From the NCBI RefSeq assembly GCF_050920415.1, contig NZ_CP169309.1: DNA of 64,000 nucleotides. One strand, given 5' to 3'. The DNA is from Escherichia coli. Lineage in GTDB: Bacteria > Pseudomonadota > Gammaproteobacteria > Enterobacterales > Enterobacteriaceae. Both the position numbers and the translations under genes were made by a program. This document shows positions 1 through 10,907 of this stretch, in pieces. Every line of letters begins with the position of its first letter. Position 1 is the stretch's first letter. A model generated the notes under the pieces. That model ran no database searches, had not been told where the DNA came from, and saw nothing but the letters and a program-made list of their open reading frames with translations.

Positions 1-195
1 CAGGCTGCCGTTGTGCTGTAACGCCAGCGCGTCACTATTACGTAAGCCGTCCGGGGTCTTTTCGCTGCCAGAGGCGACCGGTTTATAACCTGCCGTCCGA
101 TAACCTGCTGCCTTCGCGGCTTGTAAAAGTGCACAACTGGCGACAGTTTTCCCCACTTCGGTATCCGTTCCGGTGACAAAATAACGTTTACTCAC
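1..195 (-). CDS. bioD: dethiobiotin synthetase BioD, N-terminal part only (gene runs off the window start)
   Basis: Minus-strand translation from GTG at 193-195 reads [42 protein letters not shown]; overlaps bioC stop as expected for bioBFCD operon. Confidence 0.85.
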   Translation of the reverse strand, partial: MSKRYFVTGTDTEVGKTVASCALLQAAKAAGYRTAGYKPVASGSEKTPDGLRNSDALALQHNGSL

Positions 196-943
196 GAGCA
201 ATCACTCCCAAAAAAAGATGATACGTCAGAGGATATCGCCCCTGTTGTTGCGGCCAGGCCAGTTGCAATCGCTGCAACTGCGAACGCGTTAATATTCGTG
301 GGTAGCGCCCTTCATGAAGATGCGTGGCACCGATGCCTTTCAGCGAACGCATGGCACTGAGCGCATCAGCAAACCACAGCGTGATGGGCTGAATATGATG
401 TTGATAATGCACGCTGTTCAGCGACTGTTCGATTTCATCTGGCGGTAAAAAGCGATTAGCATGCGGGCGCTCGTCCACCGCCTGCCACGCCTGATGCAAT
501 TCAGGGAGCGATCCCTGCACCAGCGTGGTAAACGCGACCACGCCTCCGGGGCGCACCACGCGATACAGCTCGCGAAGTGCCGTGGATAAATTACCGCACC
601 ACTGCACCGCGAGATTGCTCCATGCAAGATCGAAGGTTGCAGTCGCTAACGGCAGGGATTCGATATCTCCCGCCAGATAATGGTCTGCGGCATCCTTCTG
701 GCGTGCCTGAACAAGCATTGGCGGCGAGAGATCTAACGCTGTCACCTGCGCGTGACGTTCCCGCCAGTGGCGACTCATCCAGCCAGGTCCACAACCCGCA
801 TCCAGTACGTGGGTGTATTTACGCTGTGGGAGCATTGCCAGTAAGACGTCAGCACTCTGGCGCTGTAGATCCGCATGTTGCTCATAATGTGCGGCTGCCC
901 GACCAAATGCCGCAGCAATGGCTTGTTTATTAACCGTTGCCAT
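188..943 (-). CDS. bioC: malonyl-ACP O-methyltransferase BioC
   Basis: ORF 188..982; product [29 protein letters not shown]... matches BioC; start placed at internal Met (MATVNK). Confidence 0.9.
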   Translation of the reverse strand: MATVNKQAIAAAFGRAAAHYEQHADLQRQSADVLLAMLPQRKYTHVLDAGCGPGWMSRHWRERHAQVTALDLSPPMLVQARQKDAADHYLAGDIESLPLATATFDLAWSNLAVQWCGNLSTALRELYRVVRPGGVVAFTTLVQGSLPELHQAWQAVDERPHANRFLPPDEIEQSLNSVHYQHHIQPITLWFADALSAMRSLKGIGATHLHEGRYPRILTRSQLQRLQLAWPQQQGRYPLTYHLFLGVIARE

Positions 944-2084
944 GCAGCACCTCCAGCAGACGGTCGATATCCTGCATTTCATGCGCGGCGGTTAGCGTTA
1001 AGCGCAGTCGCGCAGTACCAGCGGGTACGGTTGGCGGGCGAATCGCCGTGACCCAGCAGCCTTGCTGGCGCAGTTTTTCTGCCAGTTGTAACGCACGGCT
1101 GTTATCACCGACAATCAATGGCTGGATGGCGCTGTATGAATCAGCAAGCGTAAACGGCAAATCCTGTACTCCGGCACGAAAACGCGTGATGAGTGCCGCC
1201 AGTTTTTCGCGCCGTGCATCACCCTCATCACGGCGAATGACCGCCAGCGACGCACGTAATGCCTGCGCCTGAGCGGGCGGCATACTGGTGCTGTAAATAA
1301 GATGGCGGGCAAATTGCAGTAGATAATCCGCCACCGTATCGGAGCAAAGCACCGCTGCCCCGCTGACGCCAAATCCTTTGCCAAAAGTCACCACCAGCAA
1401 TTCTGGTTTTACCTTTTGCAGCCAGCAGTTGCCGCGCCCCTGTTCACCGATAACACCCGTGCCGTGGGCATCATCGACCATCAACCAGCCATTGTGCTGT
1501 TGCGTTACCTGCTGGATTTCCGCCAGTGGCGCACTATCGCCGTCCATGCTGAACACGCCTTCTGTCACCACCAGTTGCTGCCCCGGACAGGGGGAAGCAA
1601 GCAGTCGCGCCAGATGAGCGACATCGTTATGGGTAAAACGGCGAAGCTGCGACGGGCTTAAACTGGCAGCTTCAAGCAATGAGGCGTGACTCAGCCGATC
1701 GGCAACAATACGGTCCTCTTTCGCCGTCATCGCGGTAATGACTGCCTGGTTAGCGGCAAAACCAGAGATAAACAGCAGTGCCCGCGAATAGCCCAGCCAC
1801 TCGGCCAGTTCTTCTTCCAGCGCCTGATGCGCCATGCTATAACCGCTGACGTGACCGGAACCGCCACTACCGACGCCAAATTGTTCCGCACCCTGCTTCC
1901 ATGCACGAATGATGTCCGGATGATGGCTTAAGCCGAGGTAATCATTGCTGGAAAAGTTCAGATACTGGCGATCATCCACCACCAGCCAGCGTCCGGCCCC
2001 TTGCGCCACCGGATAACGGCGACGCAGGGCATCGGCAGTACGCCGCGCATCGAGCGCCGCGTTGATTTTCTCCTGCCAGCTCAT
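930..2084 (-). CDS. bioF: 8-amino-7-oxononanoate synthase BioF
   Basis: 384-aa [18 protein letters not shown]...; PLP aminotransferase class II; operon position. Confidence 0.93.
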   Translation of the reverse strand: MSWQEKINAALDARRTADALRRRYPVAQGAGRWLVVDDRQYLNFSSNDYLGLSHHPDIIRAWKQGAEQFGVGSGGSGHVSGYSMAHQALEEELAEWLGYSRALLFISGFAANQAVITAMTAKEDRIVADRLSHASLLEAASLSPSQLRRFTHNDVAHLARLLASPCPGQQLVVTEGVFSMDGDSAPLAEIQQVTQQHNGWLMVDDAHGTGVIGEQGRGNCWLQKVKPELLVVTFGKGFGVSGAAVLCSDTVADYLLQFARHLIYSTSMPPAQAQALRASLAVIRRDEGDARREKLAALITRFRAGVQDLPFTLADSYSAIQPLIVGDNSRALQLAEKLRQQGCWVTAIRPPTVPAGTARLRLTLTAAHEMQDIDRLLEVLHGNG

Positions 2085-3121
2085 AGTGCTGCCGCGTTGT
2101 AATATTCGTCAGTGTCCGGGGTCATCAGCGCCTGTTCAAGACGTTGCTGTTGTTCGTTATCGCCCGCCAGCACGGCGGTTTGCTGCGGATTTAACCCCAG
2201 TTTGCGGAACAGTTGCAGGTCTTTATCTTCTTCCGGATTCGGTGTGGTCAGCAATTTGCAACCGTAGAAAATCGAGTTTGCGCCAGCCATAAAGCACATC
2301 GCCTGAGTCTGTTCGTTCATCTGCTCGCGTCCGGCAGAAAGGCGCACGTATGAGGTCGGCATCATGATCCGCGCTACGGCAATGGTGCGAATAAAATCAA
2401 AGGCATCGACATCATCGTTATCCGCCAGCGGCGTGCCTTTCACCTTCACCAGCATGTTGATTGGTACGCTTTCCGGCGGCGTCGGCAGGTTTGCCAGTTG
2501 CAGCAATAATCCGGCGCGATCTTTTACCGTTTCGCCTAAGCCAACAATGCCACCTGAGCAGACTTTGATCCCGGCATCGCGCACTTTTTCCAGCGTGTCG
2601 AGACGTTCCTGATAAGTGCGTGTGGTGATGATATTGCCGTAAAACTCCGGCGAGGTGTCGAGGTTGTGGTTGTAGTAATCCAGGCCGGCGTTCGCGAGGC
2701 GCTGCGCCTGAGATTCACTCAACGTGCCCAGCGTCATACACGCCTCCAGGCCCATCGCTTTTACCCCCTGCACCATCTGTTCCAGGTACGGCATATCGCG
2801 TTCGTGGGGGTTCTTCCACGCCGCGCCCATGCAAAAACGCGTCGATCCCGCCGCTTTCGCTTTACGCGCCGACTCCAGCACCTGTTCAACTTCCATCAAC
2901 CGCTCAGCTTCCAGTCCGGTTTTATAACGCGAGCTTTGCGGGCAGTATTTGCAATCTTCCGGACAAGCTCCGGTTTTAATTGACAGCAAAGTACTGACCT
3001 GCACCTGACGAGGATCGAAATGCTGACGATGCACCTGCTGCGCTTCAAACAGCAGATCCAGCAACGGTTTTTCAAATAATTCTGTGACTTGCGACAATGT
3101 CCAGCGTGGGTGGTGAGCCAT
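2081..3121 (-). CDS. bioB: biotin synthase BioB (radical SAM)
   Basis: 346-aa [44 protein letters not shown]... with CPEDCKYC cluster motif. Confidence 0.95.
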   Translation of the reverse strand: MAHHPRWTLSQVTELFEKPLLDLLFEAQQVHRQHFDPRQVQVSTLLSIKTGACPEDCKYCPQSSRYKTGLEAERLMEVEQVLESARKAKAAGSTRFCMGAAWKNPHERDMPYLEQMVQGVKAMGLEACMTLGTLSESQAQRLANAGLDYYNHNLDTSPEFYGNIITTRTYQERLDTLEKVRDAGIKVCSGGIVGLGETVKDRAGLLLQLANLPTPPESVPINMLVKVKGTPLADNDDVDAFDFIRTIAVARIMMPTSYVRLSAGREQMNEQTQAMCFMAGANSIFYGCKLLTTPNPEEDKDLQLFRKLGLNPQQTAVLAGDNEQQQRLEQALMTPDTDEYYNAAAL

Positions 3122-3166
3122 GGGGCTTCTCCAAAACGTGTTTTTTGTTGTTAATTCGGTGTAGAC

Positions 3167-3200
3167 TTGTAAACCTAAATCTTTTCAATTTGGTTTACAA
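3167..3200. promoter_or_regulatory. bio operator (BirA binding palindrome) in divergent bioA/bioBFCD control region
   Basis: Inverted repeat TTGTAAACC-N16-GGTTTACAA between bioB and bioA starts. Confidence 0.7.
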
Positions 3201-3207
3201 GTCGATT

Positions 3208-4497
3208 ATGACAACGGACGATCTTGCCTTTGACCAACGCCATATCTGGCACCCATACACATCCATGACCTCCCCGCTACCGGTTTATCCGGTGGCGAGC
3301 GCCGAAGGTTGCGAGCTAATTTTGTCTGACGGCAGACGCCTGGTTGACGGTATGTCGTCCTGGTGGGCGGCGATCCACGGCTACAATCACCCGCAGCTCA
3401 ATGCGGCAATGAAGTCGCAAATTGATGCCATGTCGCATGTGATGTTTGGCGGTATCACCCATGCGCCCGCTGTCGAGCTGTGCCGCAAACTGGTGGCAAT
3501 GACGCCGCAACCGCTGGAATGCGTTTTTCTCGCGGACTCCGGCTCCGTAGCGGTGGAAGTGGCGATGAAAATGGCGTTGCAGTACTGGCAAGCCAAAGGC
3601 GAAGCGCGCCAGCGTTTTCTGACCTTCCGCAATGGTTATCATGGCGATACCTTTGGCGCGATGTCGGTGTGCGATCCAGACAACTCAATGCACAGCCTGT
3701 GGAAAGGCTATCTGCCAGAAAACCTGTTTGCTCCCGCGCCGCAAAGCCGCATGGATGGCGAATGGGATGAACGCGATATGGTGGGCTTCGCACGTCTGAT
3801 GGCGGCGCATCGTCATGAAATCGCGGCGGTGATCATTGAACCGATTGTTCAGGGCGCTGGCGGAATGCGCATGTACCATCCGGAATGGTTAAAACGAATC
3901 CGCAAAATGTGCGATCGTGAAGGTATCTTGCTGATTGCTGACGAGATAGCCACCGGTTTTGGTCGTACCGGCAAACTGTTTGCCTGCGAACATGCGGGGA
4001 TCGCGCCGGACATTTTGTGCCTCGGTAAAGCCTTAACCGGCGGTACGATGACCCTTTCCGCCACGCTCACTACACGCGAGGTTGCGGAAACCATCAGTAA
4101 CGGTGAAGCTGGCTGCTTTATGCATGGGCCTACTTTTATGGGCAATCCACTGGCCTGCGCGGCAGCAAACGCCAGCCTGGCCATTATCGAATCTGGCGAC
4201 TGGCAGCAGCAGGTAGCGACTATTGAAGTACAGCTGCGCGAGCAACTCACACCCGCACGTGACGCCGAAATGGTTGCCGATGTGCGCGTACTGGGGGCAA
4301 TCGGCGTGGTCGAAACCACTCATCCGGTGAATATGGCGGCGCTGCAAAAATTCTTTGTCGAACAGGGTGTCTGGATCCGGCCTTTTGGCAAACTGATTTA
4401 CCTGATGCCGCCCTATATTATTCTCCCGCAACAGTTGCAACGTCTGACCGCAGCGGTTAACCGCGCGGTACAGGATGAAACATTTTTTTGCCAATAA
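3208..4497 (+). CDS. bioA: adenosylmethionine-8-amino-7-oxononanoate aminotransferase BioA
   Basis: ORF 3097..4497; true start at ATG 3208 ([20 protein letters not shown]...), 429 aa. Confidence 0.95.
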   Translation: MTTDDLAFDQRHIWHPYTSMTSPLPVYPVASAEGCELILSDGRRLVDGMSSWWAAIHGYNHPQLNAAMKSQIDAMSHVMFGGITHAPAVELCRKLVAMTPQPLECVFLADSGSVAVEVAMKMALQYWQAKGEARQRFLTFRNGYHGDTFGAMSVCDPDNSMHSLWKGYLPENLFAPAPQSRMDGEWDERDMVGFARLMAAHRHEIAAVIIEPIVQGAGGMRMYHPEWLKRIRKMCDREGILLIADEIATGFGRTGKLFACEHAGIAPDILCLGKALTGGTMTLSATLTTREVAETISNGEAGCFMHGPTFMGNPLACAAANASLAIIESGDWQQQVATIEVQLREQLTPARDAEMVADVRVLGAIGVVETTHPVNMAALQKFFVEQGVWIRPFGKLIYLMPPYIILPQQLQRLTAAVNRAVQDETFFCQ

Positions 4498-4555
4498 CGG
4501 GAAGTCAACGTGAGGGTTTCTGGCTACACTTTCTGCAAAAAAGAAAGGAGGTTTC

Positions 4556-5032
4556 ATGAAACTCATCAGTAATGATCTGCGCGATGGCGATAAATTGCCG
4601 CATCGTCATGTCTTTAACGGCATGGGTTACGATGGCGATAATATTTCGCCGCATCTGGCATGGGATGATGTTCCTGCGGGAACGAAAAGTTTTGTCGTCA
4701 CCTGCTACGACCCGGATGCGCCAACCGGCTCCGGCTGGTGGCACTGGGTAGTTGTTAACTTACCCGCTGATACCCGCGTATTGCCGCAGGGGTTTGGCTC
4801 TGGTCTGGTGGCAATCCCTGATGGCGTGCTCCAGACACGTACCGATTTTGGTAAAGCCGGATACGGTGGCGCAGCGCCGCCGAAAGGCGAAACCCATCGC
4901 TACATCTTTACCGTTCACGCGCTGGATGTAGAACGTATTGATGTCGATGAAGGAGCCAGCGGCGCGATGGTCGGGTTTAACGTTCATTTCCACTCTCTGG
5001 CAAGCGCCTCGATTACTGCGATGTTTAGTTAA
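4556..5032 (+). CDS. ybhB: PEBP-family kinase-inhibitor homolog YbhB
   Basis: 158-aa ORF MKLISNDLRDGDKLPHRHVFNGMGYDGDNISPHLAWDDVPAG...; lies on the bio side of attB(lambda). Confidence 0.9.
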   Translation: MKLISNDLRDGDKLPHRHVFNGMGYDGDNISPHLAWDDVPAGTKSFVVTCYDPDAPTGSGWWHWVVVNLPADTRVLPQGFGSGLVAIPDGVLQTRTDFGKAGYGGAAPPKGETHRYIFTVHALDVERIDVDEGASGAMVGFNVHFHSLASASITAMFS

Positions 5033-5122
5033 TCACTCTGCCAGATGGCGCTATGCCATCTGGTATCACTTAAAGGTATTAAAAACAACTTTTTGTCTTT
5101 TTACCTTCCCGTTTCGCTCAAG

Positions 5123-5137
5123 TTAGTATAAAAAAGC
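5123..5137. other. attR core (lambda att common core, prophage/ybhB junction)
   Basis: TTAGTATAAAAAAGC (reverse complement of GCTTTTTTATACTAA); flank reads as attB arm cttgagcgaaac on host side. Confidence 0.88.
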
Positions 5138-5282
5138 TGAACGCGAAACATTAAAAACCATTAATATCAATGCGTTACAATATCTTTAGTCTAAAAAATA
5201 GACTACATGATGCTACAAAACACAACATATCCAGTCACTATGAATCAACTACTTAGATAGTATTAGTGACCTGAGACAGAGC

Positions 5283-5322
5283 ATTAGCGCAAGGTGATTT
5301 TTGTCTTCTTGCGCTAATTTTT
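5283..5322 (+). terminator. rho-independent terminator-like hairpin just inside the prophage end
   Basis: 10-bp perfect stem ttagcgcaag/cttgcgctaa with 14-nt loop followed by T6. Confidence 0.45.
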
Positions 5323-5394
5323 TGTCAACGCACTGGGTTAGTTGAATTTACAACCATGCTCAGTTTGGTGATCTCTTTAGGTCGATTGTTATGG

Positions 5395-6435
5395 TTATGC
5401 TCTGCTTGATTCAGTGATTTTGGAATCCTGCATTTTAGTAATCATACCCATAATTTTATGCCTAAGCTTTTCCATTGGGTTTTCGATTAGATAAAAACTT
5501 ACCGCCCCAACTAAGATTGATGCTACCATCGTTGCTATATACATATAGAAACTGATTCCTACGTACCACACACCCATTGCTAGAATCAGGAAGTGCCATA
5601 GGTATATAGAGAAGCTCCATTTACCAATGTAAGACATTAACGGTGTTGACAGAGCCCAAGCAAATACACCTTCTCCATAGCTCATTAGCAGAACAATGAG
5701 TCCAAATATTGGCGCATAGAAAATAAATTTGTTGAGAACCCATCCATCAGTAAACCCACCAGTTAACTTCCACATAACTTTAGGCAGTGCAATAAGCATT
5801 GATACAATAAAGAACAGGAAGGCTATATCAGACAACTCTTGACCAATTTTAAGGAAATTATCGTGATAGAGAAATGCTGCAATCATTCCGCAAGCAAACA
5901 GTGGGAAATACCACATCACCATTCCGCCATACGCACTATCCATCGCAGGGTACAATCCCTGTAGCAATACAGCCAGTGCGAAAATAAGGAATGCCGCTGC
6001 TTTTCCATTGTACACTTTTTGAATTGCGACACCAGCATACGCAAAGAATGGAAGTATGAAGTAGAATTTATACTCAATTGGTATTGTCCAGAAATGAAGC
6101 ACGGCCTCTTTCATCGTTATGATTGAGATTGCCGTATTCAAATCAAAATACCCAAAATATGAATACACGAGAACAGCTATTGCGAACACCGGAAGGATTC
6201 TCATTGTTCTTCCAAGGAAATAACTTAAAAGAGACCGCCAGGAAAATCCGGTAGAAATAAATCTACTGGTTAGCAAAAATGCGCTGAGAACAAAGAATAT
6301 CCAAACACCAAACTGTGAACTTCCACCAAGCATAACCTCATACTCATGAAAATATATTCCTGTAGCGTGGGCTATTATTACAAGGAATACCGCTATTGCC
6401 CTTAGTCCATCAAGAGACTTGATTTTACCTTTCAT
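5395..6435 (-). CDS. acyltransferase-3 family integral membrane protein, probable O-antigen acetyltransferase (lysogenic-conversion type)
   Basis: ORF 5395..6522; multi-TM product with LDGLRAIAVFLVIIAHA motif near N-terminus; AT-rich; last gene before att, as oac in Sf6. Confidence 0.7.
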   Translation of the reverse strand: MKGKIKSLDGLRAIAVFLVIIAHATGIYFHEYEVMLGGSSQFGVWIFFVLSAFLLTSRFISTGFSWRSLLSYFLGRTMRILPVFAIAVLVYSYFGYFDLNTAISIITMKEAVLHFWTIPIEYKFYFILPFFAYAGVAIQKVYNGKAAAFLIFALAVLLQGLYPAMDSAYGGMVMWYFPLFACGMIAAFLYHDNFLKIGQELSDIAFLFFIVSMLIALPKVMWKLTGGFTDGWVLNKFIFYAPIFGLIVLLMSYGEGVFAWALSTPLMSYIGKWSFSIYLWHFLILAMGVWYVGISFYMYIATMVASILVGAVSFYLIENPMEKLRHKIMGMITKMQDSKITESSRA

Positions 6436-6518
6436 TTCTTTCCCAGATATGGAGTGAACATCTGCGAAAATGTAGCACATTTCAAGGTAAACAAGAAGCG
6501 CATCCATGCGCATTTTCA

Positions 6519-8438
6519 TCACCCTGCCTTGGTGTATGTCCAGTTAAATGTTGTTGTTCCCTGGCTTGTGATGGTTACAATCCTTCCTGTCACTGTAAAT
6601 GATATCAACCCTCCTGACTTAAGCGGAGTTAAAGTAAGTGTTGTTCCGTCCCACATGGCAAGCTGAAGCGAAGAGAAATTTGTTCCACTGCTTTCTGCCC
6701 AAACGCTTATCAGGTACATCCCTTGGCTATTTGGCAGTTCAAACAACGTAGTTGCTACGTTAGCTGCAACAGCCTGAGTTCCTTTCGCTGTGTACACTGC
6801 TGGCAACTGATTACCTGCAGAGCTTCGTGATTCAACATATGAGCCTGAAGTTTGCGTCCCAGTTAATGAGCAGTCAGTAAATACTCCATTCCCTGTGCTG
6901 TAAGTTGATATTACAGGAGTCCCACCAGTCGGAGCCTTAAACCGGCATCCCTCAGCAATTATTTTTGCTGTTGAGTCTGTCAGCAATGTGTTTGGGTATC
7001 CAGAGCCAGTGTAGGTTATTGATTCGCTATCAAGGAAGCTATCGGTACTTGATTTTATGTTAACAATGCTTGTGCCTGTTGCAAAGATAAATGCTGCTGT
7101 CCCACTCCCCGTTGTTTGCATTGAGTTTCCATGCCCGGCCAATCCTGATATATGGGCAATAGTATCATTAAGTTTTATATACGACGCAGTAATTCCATTT
7201 GTATTTTTTATTATATTAGACTCACCATCATACCCTGTAATAGTAAGACACTTACATCCAGAAAAATATAACCCTGAGGAATCAAATGTATATTGCGACC
7301 CGTCAACTGTGATCTGGTCTCCTGCACAGTTTATTAGCTGAGGAGACAGGCAATTTACAACATACCATGCCTGTGCTGCATCCAGCACATAACATGTATC
7401 CCACTGTATTGTCGTTCCGTTCGCCTTATAGAAACCATGTGCAACTCTCCTCGCCCATACCTGGGTATACTTTGTTAGGTAATTTCCAGAGTCATCATAT
7501 ATGGCCCACCATGCACCATCAACCTCAACATTTTTAATGTGCATAACGCCTGGTGAAGTAGTTCCTCCATCAATTAGAATGCCAATTTTACCATCATTGC
7601 CAGTAGGTGATGTAGGGCGTCCTCCATCGTAAAAAATATAGACATTTTCAATATTTATTGTATTAAACGCTGCGTGGTAATGGAAACAAGCTATATTTCC
7701 TATTACTGCTATGAAAGTTTCCGGCCTATTTATGTTGCTGTTTGTTTCGCCATTTATTGTGCAGTTTGAATTCATCTCTATCGTTGCATTTACGAAGTAA
7801 GTTCCAGATGTCAATAATACATTCCGCCCTGTATTAATTGCGGCCTGTATGCCTGCATAGTCAAGAGACTGAGTTAGTGATGTTACGAATGGATAAACAG
7901 CCTGCGCCGCTGATAGTGTGGAGAATTTCTCGCTGAGTGGATGCAGAGTTCCGTCAGCTGTTGCACCGAAATCCTTGGCTGAAATGAAGTTGGTATTTTT
8001 ATCATGTTGAGTTAAAGCTATTGAGCCGATATATGGCTGCTTAACTGCAACTAGTGCATCTCCCATTCCATCAGCATCGCTTTCTAACTGCTGCTTAAAC
8101 TGATCAGGGTCATACTTCAGCACATTAGGAAAATAGAACTGCCGTGCACCATACGCATTATATACAGCCATAGAATGGCCTTGCACAGTTACGAACTTGG
8201 CAATCTGTCCGTTATATACAGGGTAACCAGCGGCGTTAATGATGATTGGTTGCGAAACAGGAACGTGAGAGCCGTCTTCGTTCTCTACATAAACCTGAAT
8301 CTGGTTTTCTGGATTTACTGGGTACGTGTCAATTTTACCGATATAAATTTTGCCATTGGCAACCGCTTTAAAAGAACGCGCCATAGTGAAGAGTTGCGAA
8401 GGCATGCTTACCACAACATTTGCGGTGATATCTGACAT
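6519..8438 (-). CDS. tailspike protein with P22-like N-terminal head-binding domain and divergent C-terminal receptor-binding domain
   Basis: ORF 6519..8486; from ATG 8438 reads [61 protein letters not shown]..., matching the P22 gp9 N-terminus; SD GGAG upstream. Confidence 0.85.
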   Translation of the reverse strand: MSDITANVVVSMPSQLFTMARSFKAVANGKIYIGKIDTYPVNPENQIQVYVENEDGSHVPVSQPIIINAAGYPVYNGQIAKFVTVQGHSMAVYNAYGARQFYFPNVLKYDPDQFKQQLESDADGMGDALVAVKQPYIGSIALTQHDKNTNFISAKDFGATADGTLHPLSEKFSTLSAAQAVYPFVTSLTQSLDYAGIQAAINTGRNVLLTSGTYFVNATIEMNSNCTINGETNSNINRPETFIAVIGNIACFHYHAAFNTINIENVYIFYDGGRPTSPTGNDGKIGILIDGGTTSPGVMHIKNVEVDGAWWAIYDDSGNYLTKYTQVWARRVAHGFYKANGTTIQWDTCYVLDAAQAWYVVNCLSPQLINCAGDQITVDGSQYTFDSSGLYFSGCKCLTITGYDGESNIIKNTNGITASYIKLNDTIAHISGLAGHGNSMQTTGSGTAAFIFATGTSIVNIKSSTDSFLDSESITYTGSGYPNTLLTDSTAKIIAEGCRFKAPTGGTPVISTYSTGNGVFTDCSLTGTQTSGSYVESRSSAGNQLPAVYTAKGTQAVAANVATTLFELPNSQGMYLISVWAESSGTNFSSLQLAMWDGTTLTLTPLKSGGLISFTVTGRIVTITSQGTTTFNWTYTKAG

Positions 8439-8559
8439 TTCATTGCTCCAGACGAATGATATGATGCAACCATGATGTGATTGCATACCGAAATGGTACT
8501 ATTGAGTATTTATCCAGTAGGTTACGATGCCATTCCACCCAACTGGTGAGGCATCAAGG

Positions 8560-8820
8560 ATGTACAGCAAATACGACGAGGCGCAGTTTCACTTGAGACT
8601 TCCGCATGAACTCCACGCGAAAATTAAGCAGCGTGCGAAGATGAATAACAGGTCGCTGAACTCAGAGATAATTGCAGCGATTGAAGAATCATTGGATAAA
8701 CAAAGCTCTGCATCAGTTTACATTGACGATGCAGAGCGTATGGCAGAACAACAATCTGATATGGTTAAGAAAATGGTTTTTGAGACGCTCAAAGAGCTAT
8801 ATAAAAAAGACAGCAGCTAA
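8560..8820 (+). CDS. mnt: Mnt-like ribbon-helix-helix repressor
   Basis: ORF 8527..8820; MYSKYDEAQFHLRLPHELHAKIKQRAKMNNRSLNSEIIAAIEESL...DAERMAEQQSDMVKKMVFETLKELYKK resembles P22 Mnt; divergent from late genes. Confidence 0.7.
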   Translation: MYSKYDEAQFHLRLPHELHAKIKQRAKMNNRSLNSEIIAAIEESLDKQSSASVYIDDAERMAEQQSDMVKKMVFETLKELYKKDSS

Positions 8821-8840
8821 CTATCAGTTACGGAGGATTT

Positions 8841-8918
8841 ATGCAAAGAGATATGCTGAATATTGCGTTCTACATATTTGGTTTTTGCACGTTCCTGGTG
8901 TTTGCGAAGCTATTCTGA
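8841..8918 (+). CDS. 25-aa hydrophobic peptide (MQRDMLNIAFYIFGFCTFLVFAKLF), hypothetical
   Basis: ATG preceded by strong SD GGAGGA at 8832-8837; single predicted TM helix; below the ORF-track size cutoff. Confidence 0.35.
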   Translation: MQRDMLNIAFYIFGFCTFLVFAKLF

Positions 8919-10907
8919 CAACGCATCAGACTTGGCACCTTGAGTCAGGGCGTTAATGGCCTTTTGCGCCTGCTGCATGGCTTTCTCAAACGCTGTTGAT
9001 CCGCGTGGGGTGTTTGCCATTCGGAGCATTGCATTTCTGAATGGCTCGCTCTCATAGGCGCGAGTAAGAAGTCCGTAGCTTACCGCTGCGCCAGTTGTCG
9101 CCGGGTTCATTGCCGTCCCATATCCGATAATGAACGGGATGGTTTGCTGCCCTGTTGGTGTTGTTACTGCTGCTTTTGCAGCCTGCTGCGTGGATTGCAG
9201 GTAGTTTTTTAATCCTTTCAGATAAGCAGCGTCCTGCCCCTTAAATGTGATGCCAGTCTGGTTTTGCAGGATATTAAGCTGCCGAAGGAACTGGTCAGGG
9301 GATCCACCTGATTTCTCCATCGCCTTTCCAATGATGCCATTGCGCATTTGCGCCCTGCCAACACGACCAACTGAGTTATACAGCGTCTTAATTTCCGATT
9401 TGTTCTTGCTGAATAGCATGTTGTTGACAACTTCCGGCGTCAGGTCGCCTTTCATGAGAACATTCTTCAGCCTGGTATTCTTTAGTTTCGCCGCTTCGTC
9501 AGCGTAGACGGCATTGGCCTGCTGATATTTACGGAGAGTATCGTTGCCAAGATTCTGACCAATGGCACCATTGATATCGTCTGTCATTGCCTTGTAAACG
9601 CGCTGAATGGCAGCATCGGAACGGTTTGGTAACACTGATCGTTCCCCCTTCACGTCAATTCTGAACTGGCTGCGCAGATCGCTTAATTGCTTCAAATCCA
9701 GATTTACCGGACCATCAGGACCAGCATTGCGAACAAGCTCATCACGATAGGACTGAAGTTTTGAAATAGTCTCGTTATCGGCGACCTTACCAAGCTTCTG
9801 CAGGTTAGATATTTCTGTATCAATCTGCTGAATTGCTCGAGCAGGCTGGATATTGACTCCCGCCATTGCATTCTGAACCTGCTCAAGACGGTTCCCTGCA
9901 GCACGACGAATTCCTGATGTTTTCGCTTTAAGGCTGTCAATAACAACAGCTGGATCATACTCACCGAATTTATCAGCAAATCTCTGCACCAACTGGCTTC
10001 TCGCTTCCTGTTGCGTTGCTCTCATTCCGCTTGTGCCAGCCAGGGGGATATTTTCCGCTGTCGTCTGCGCCATTTTCCCGACGCGGGAAGTAGGCTGTAA
10101 CAGGTCTGTGGTGTGCAGAGGAACTCCTTCACGCTCTGCAAATCTGATAGCCTGCTGCGCTTCTGGCGCAATAGCACCACGAACGCCACGATAAGCAGCA
10201 CCTAATCCACGTCCGGCAGCGTTAATAGCACCGCCAGCCAGCACACCAACGCCTAAATCGGTGGCGAGTGCTTCCGCATCATCTTTCGCACTATTTGCAG
10301 CAAGTGATCCAACTGCGTTTTCTGCTAGAAGGCGAGTTGCTCCCTGAGCAATTCGACCTGCAAGTGTTGGTGCCTGTACCGCCGCTCTCTCAACGCCAGC
10401 AGGAGTGAGGTAAGGCAATGCTTCAGCAAATACCCTTCCCTCTGTCGTTTGTGGAGTCAGCGCACCTTGCTGAAGGCCAAAGTCCTGCTCTAATCCCTGC
10501 GTTGTTACTCGTGGCGCTGGTTGATATGTACCATAGCCAATACCGAGTTTACCGCCAGCCCAAGCCGCAGCGCTTGTTACAGCATCGGCAACTGATGCAG
10601 GTATGTTTGCCACGTTCACGCCAGCCTGCACCAGTCCGCGACCAGTTTCTTTCACGGCTTCACCAAGATCAGACATAAATCCAGTTTGCTGTGGTTGTTG
10701 CTGTGCTTCTGGTTGTTGTGTCTCCACTGGCTGCACAGATGGCAATGGATAGGCAGCATAGAAAGCTTGCTTAGCCTGCTCTGCATTTTCTCCGGCTTGC
10801 GGGGCCACGACTTCATTGAAGTATTGCTCCTGAGCCTGCGATTTTTGTTCTGGTGCTAACGCCTGATACTGTGGAGAGGCGATAACATCTTTCCATGCTT
10901 TAGCCAT
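8910..10907 (-). CDS. ejection (injection) protein, P22 gp16-like
   Basis: 665-aa ORF; position after gp20-like gene; Ala/Gly/Gln-rich composition typical of P22-like ejection proteins. Confidence 0.7.
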   Translation of the reverse strand: MAKAWKDVIASPQYQALAPEQKSQAQEQYFNEVVAPQAGENAEQAKQAFYAAYPLPSVQPVETQQPEAQQQPQQTGFMSDLGEAVKETGRGLVQAGVNVANIPASVADAVTSAAAWAGGKLGIGYGTYQPAPRVTTQGLEQDFGLQQGALTPQTTEGRVFAEALPYLTPAGVERAAVQAPTLAGRIAQGATRLLAENAVGSLAANSAKDDAEALATDLGVGVLAGGAINAAGRGLGAAYRGVRGAIAPEAQQAIRFAEREGVPLHTTDLLQPTSRVGKMAQTTAENIPLAGTSGMRATQQEARSQLVQRFADKFGEYDPAVVIDSLKAKTSGIRRAAGNRLEQVQNAMAGVNIQPARAIQQIDTEISNLQKLGKVADNETISKLQSYRDELVRNAGPDGPVNLDLKQLSDLRSQFRIDVKGERSVLPNRSDAAIQRVYKAMTDDINGAIGQNLGNDTLRKYQQANAVYADEAAKLKNTRLKNVLMKGDLTPEVVNNMLFSKNKSEIKTLYNSVGRVGRAQMRNGIIGKAMEKSGGSPDQFLRQLNILQNQTGITFKGQDAAYLKGLKNYLQSTQQAAKAAVTTPTGQQTIPFIIGYGTAMNPATTGAAVSYGLLTRAYESEPFRNAMLRMANTPRGSTAFEKAMQQAQKAINALTQGAKSDALSE

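Noticed and set aside
3097-3207. Upstream extension of the bioA ORF ([18 protein letters not shown]...)
   Set aside because: It runs through the bio operator and divergent promoter; the canonical BioA N-terminus [12 protein letters not shown] begins at ATG 3208.
5138-5394. Possible small gene or tRNA in the AT-rich segment between attR and the acyltransferase gene
   Set aside because: No ORF with a start context and no cloverleaf-like structure found by eye; only the terminator-like hairpin at 5283-5322 is reported.
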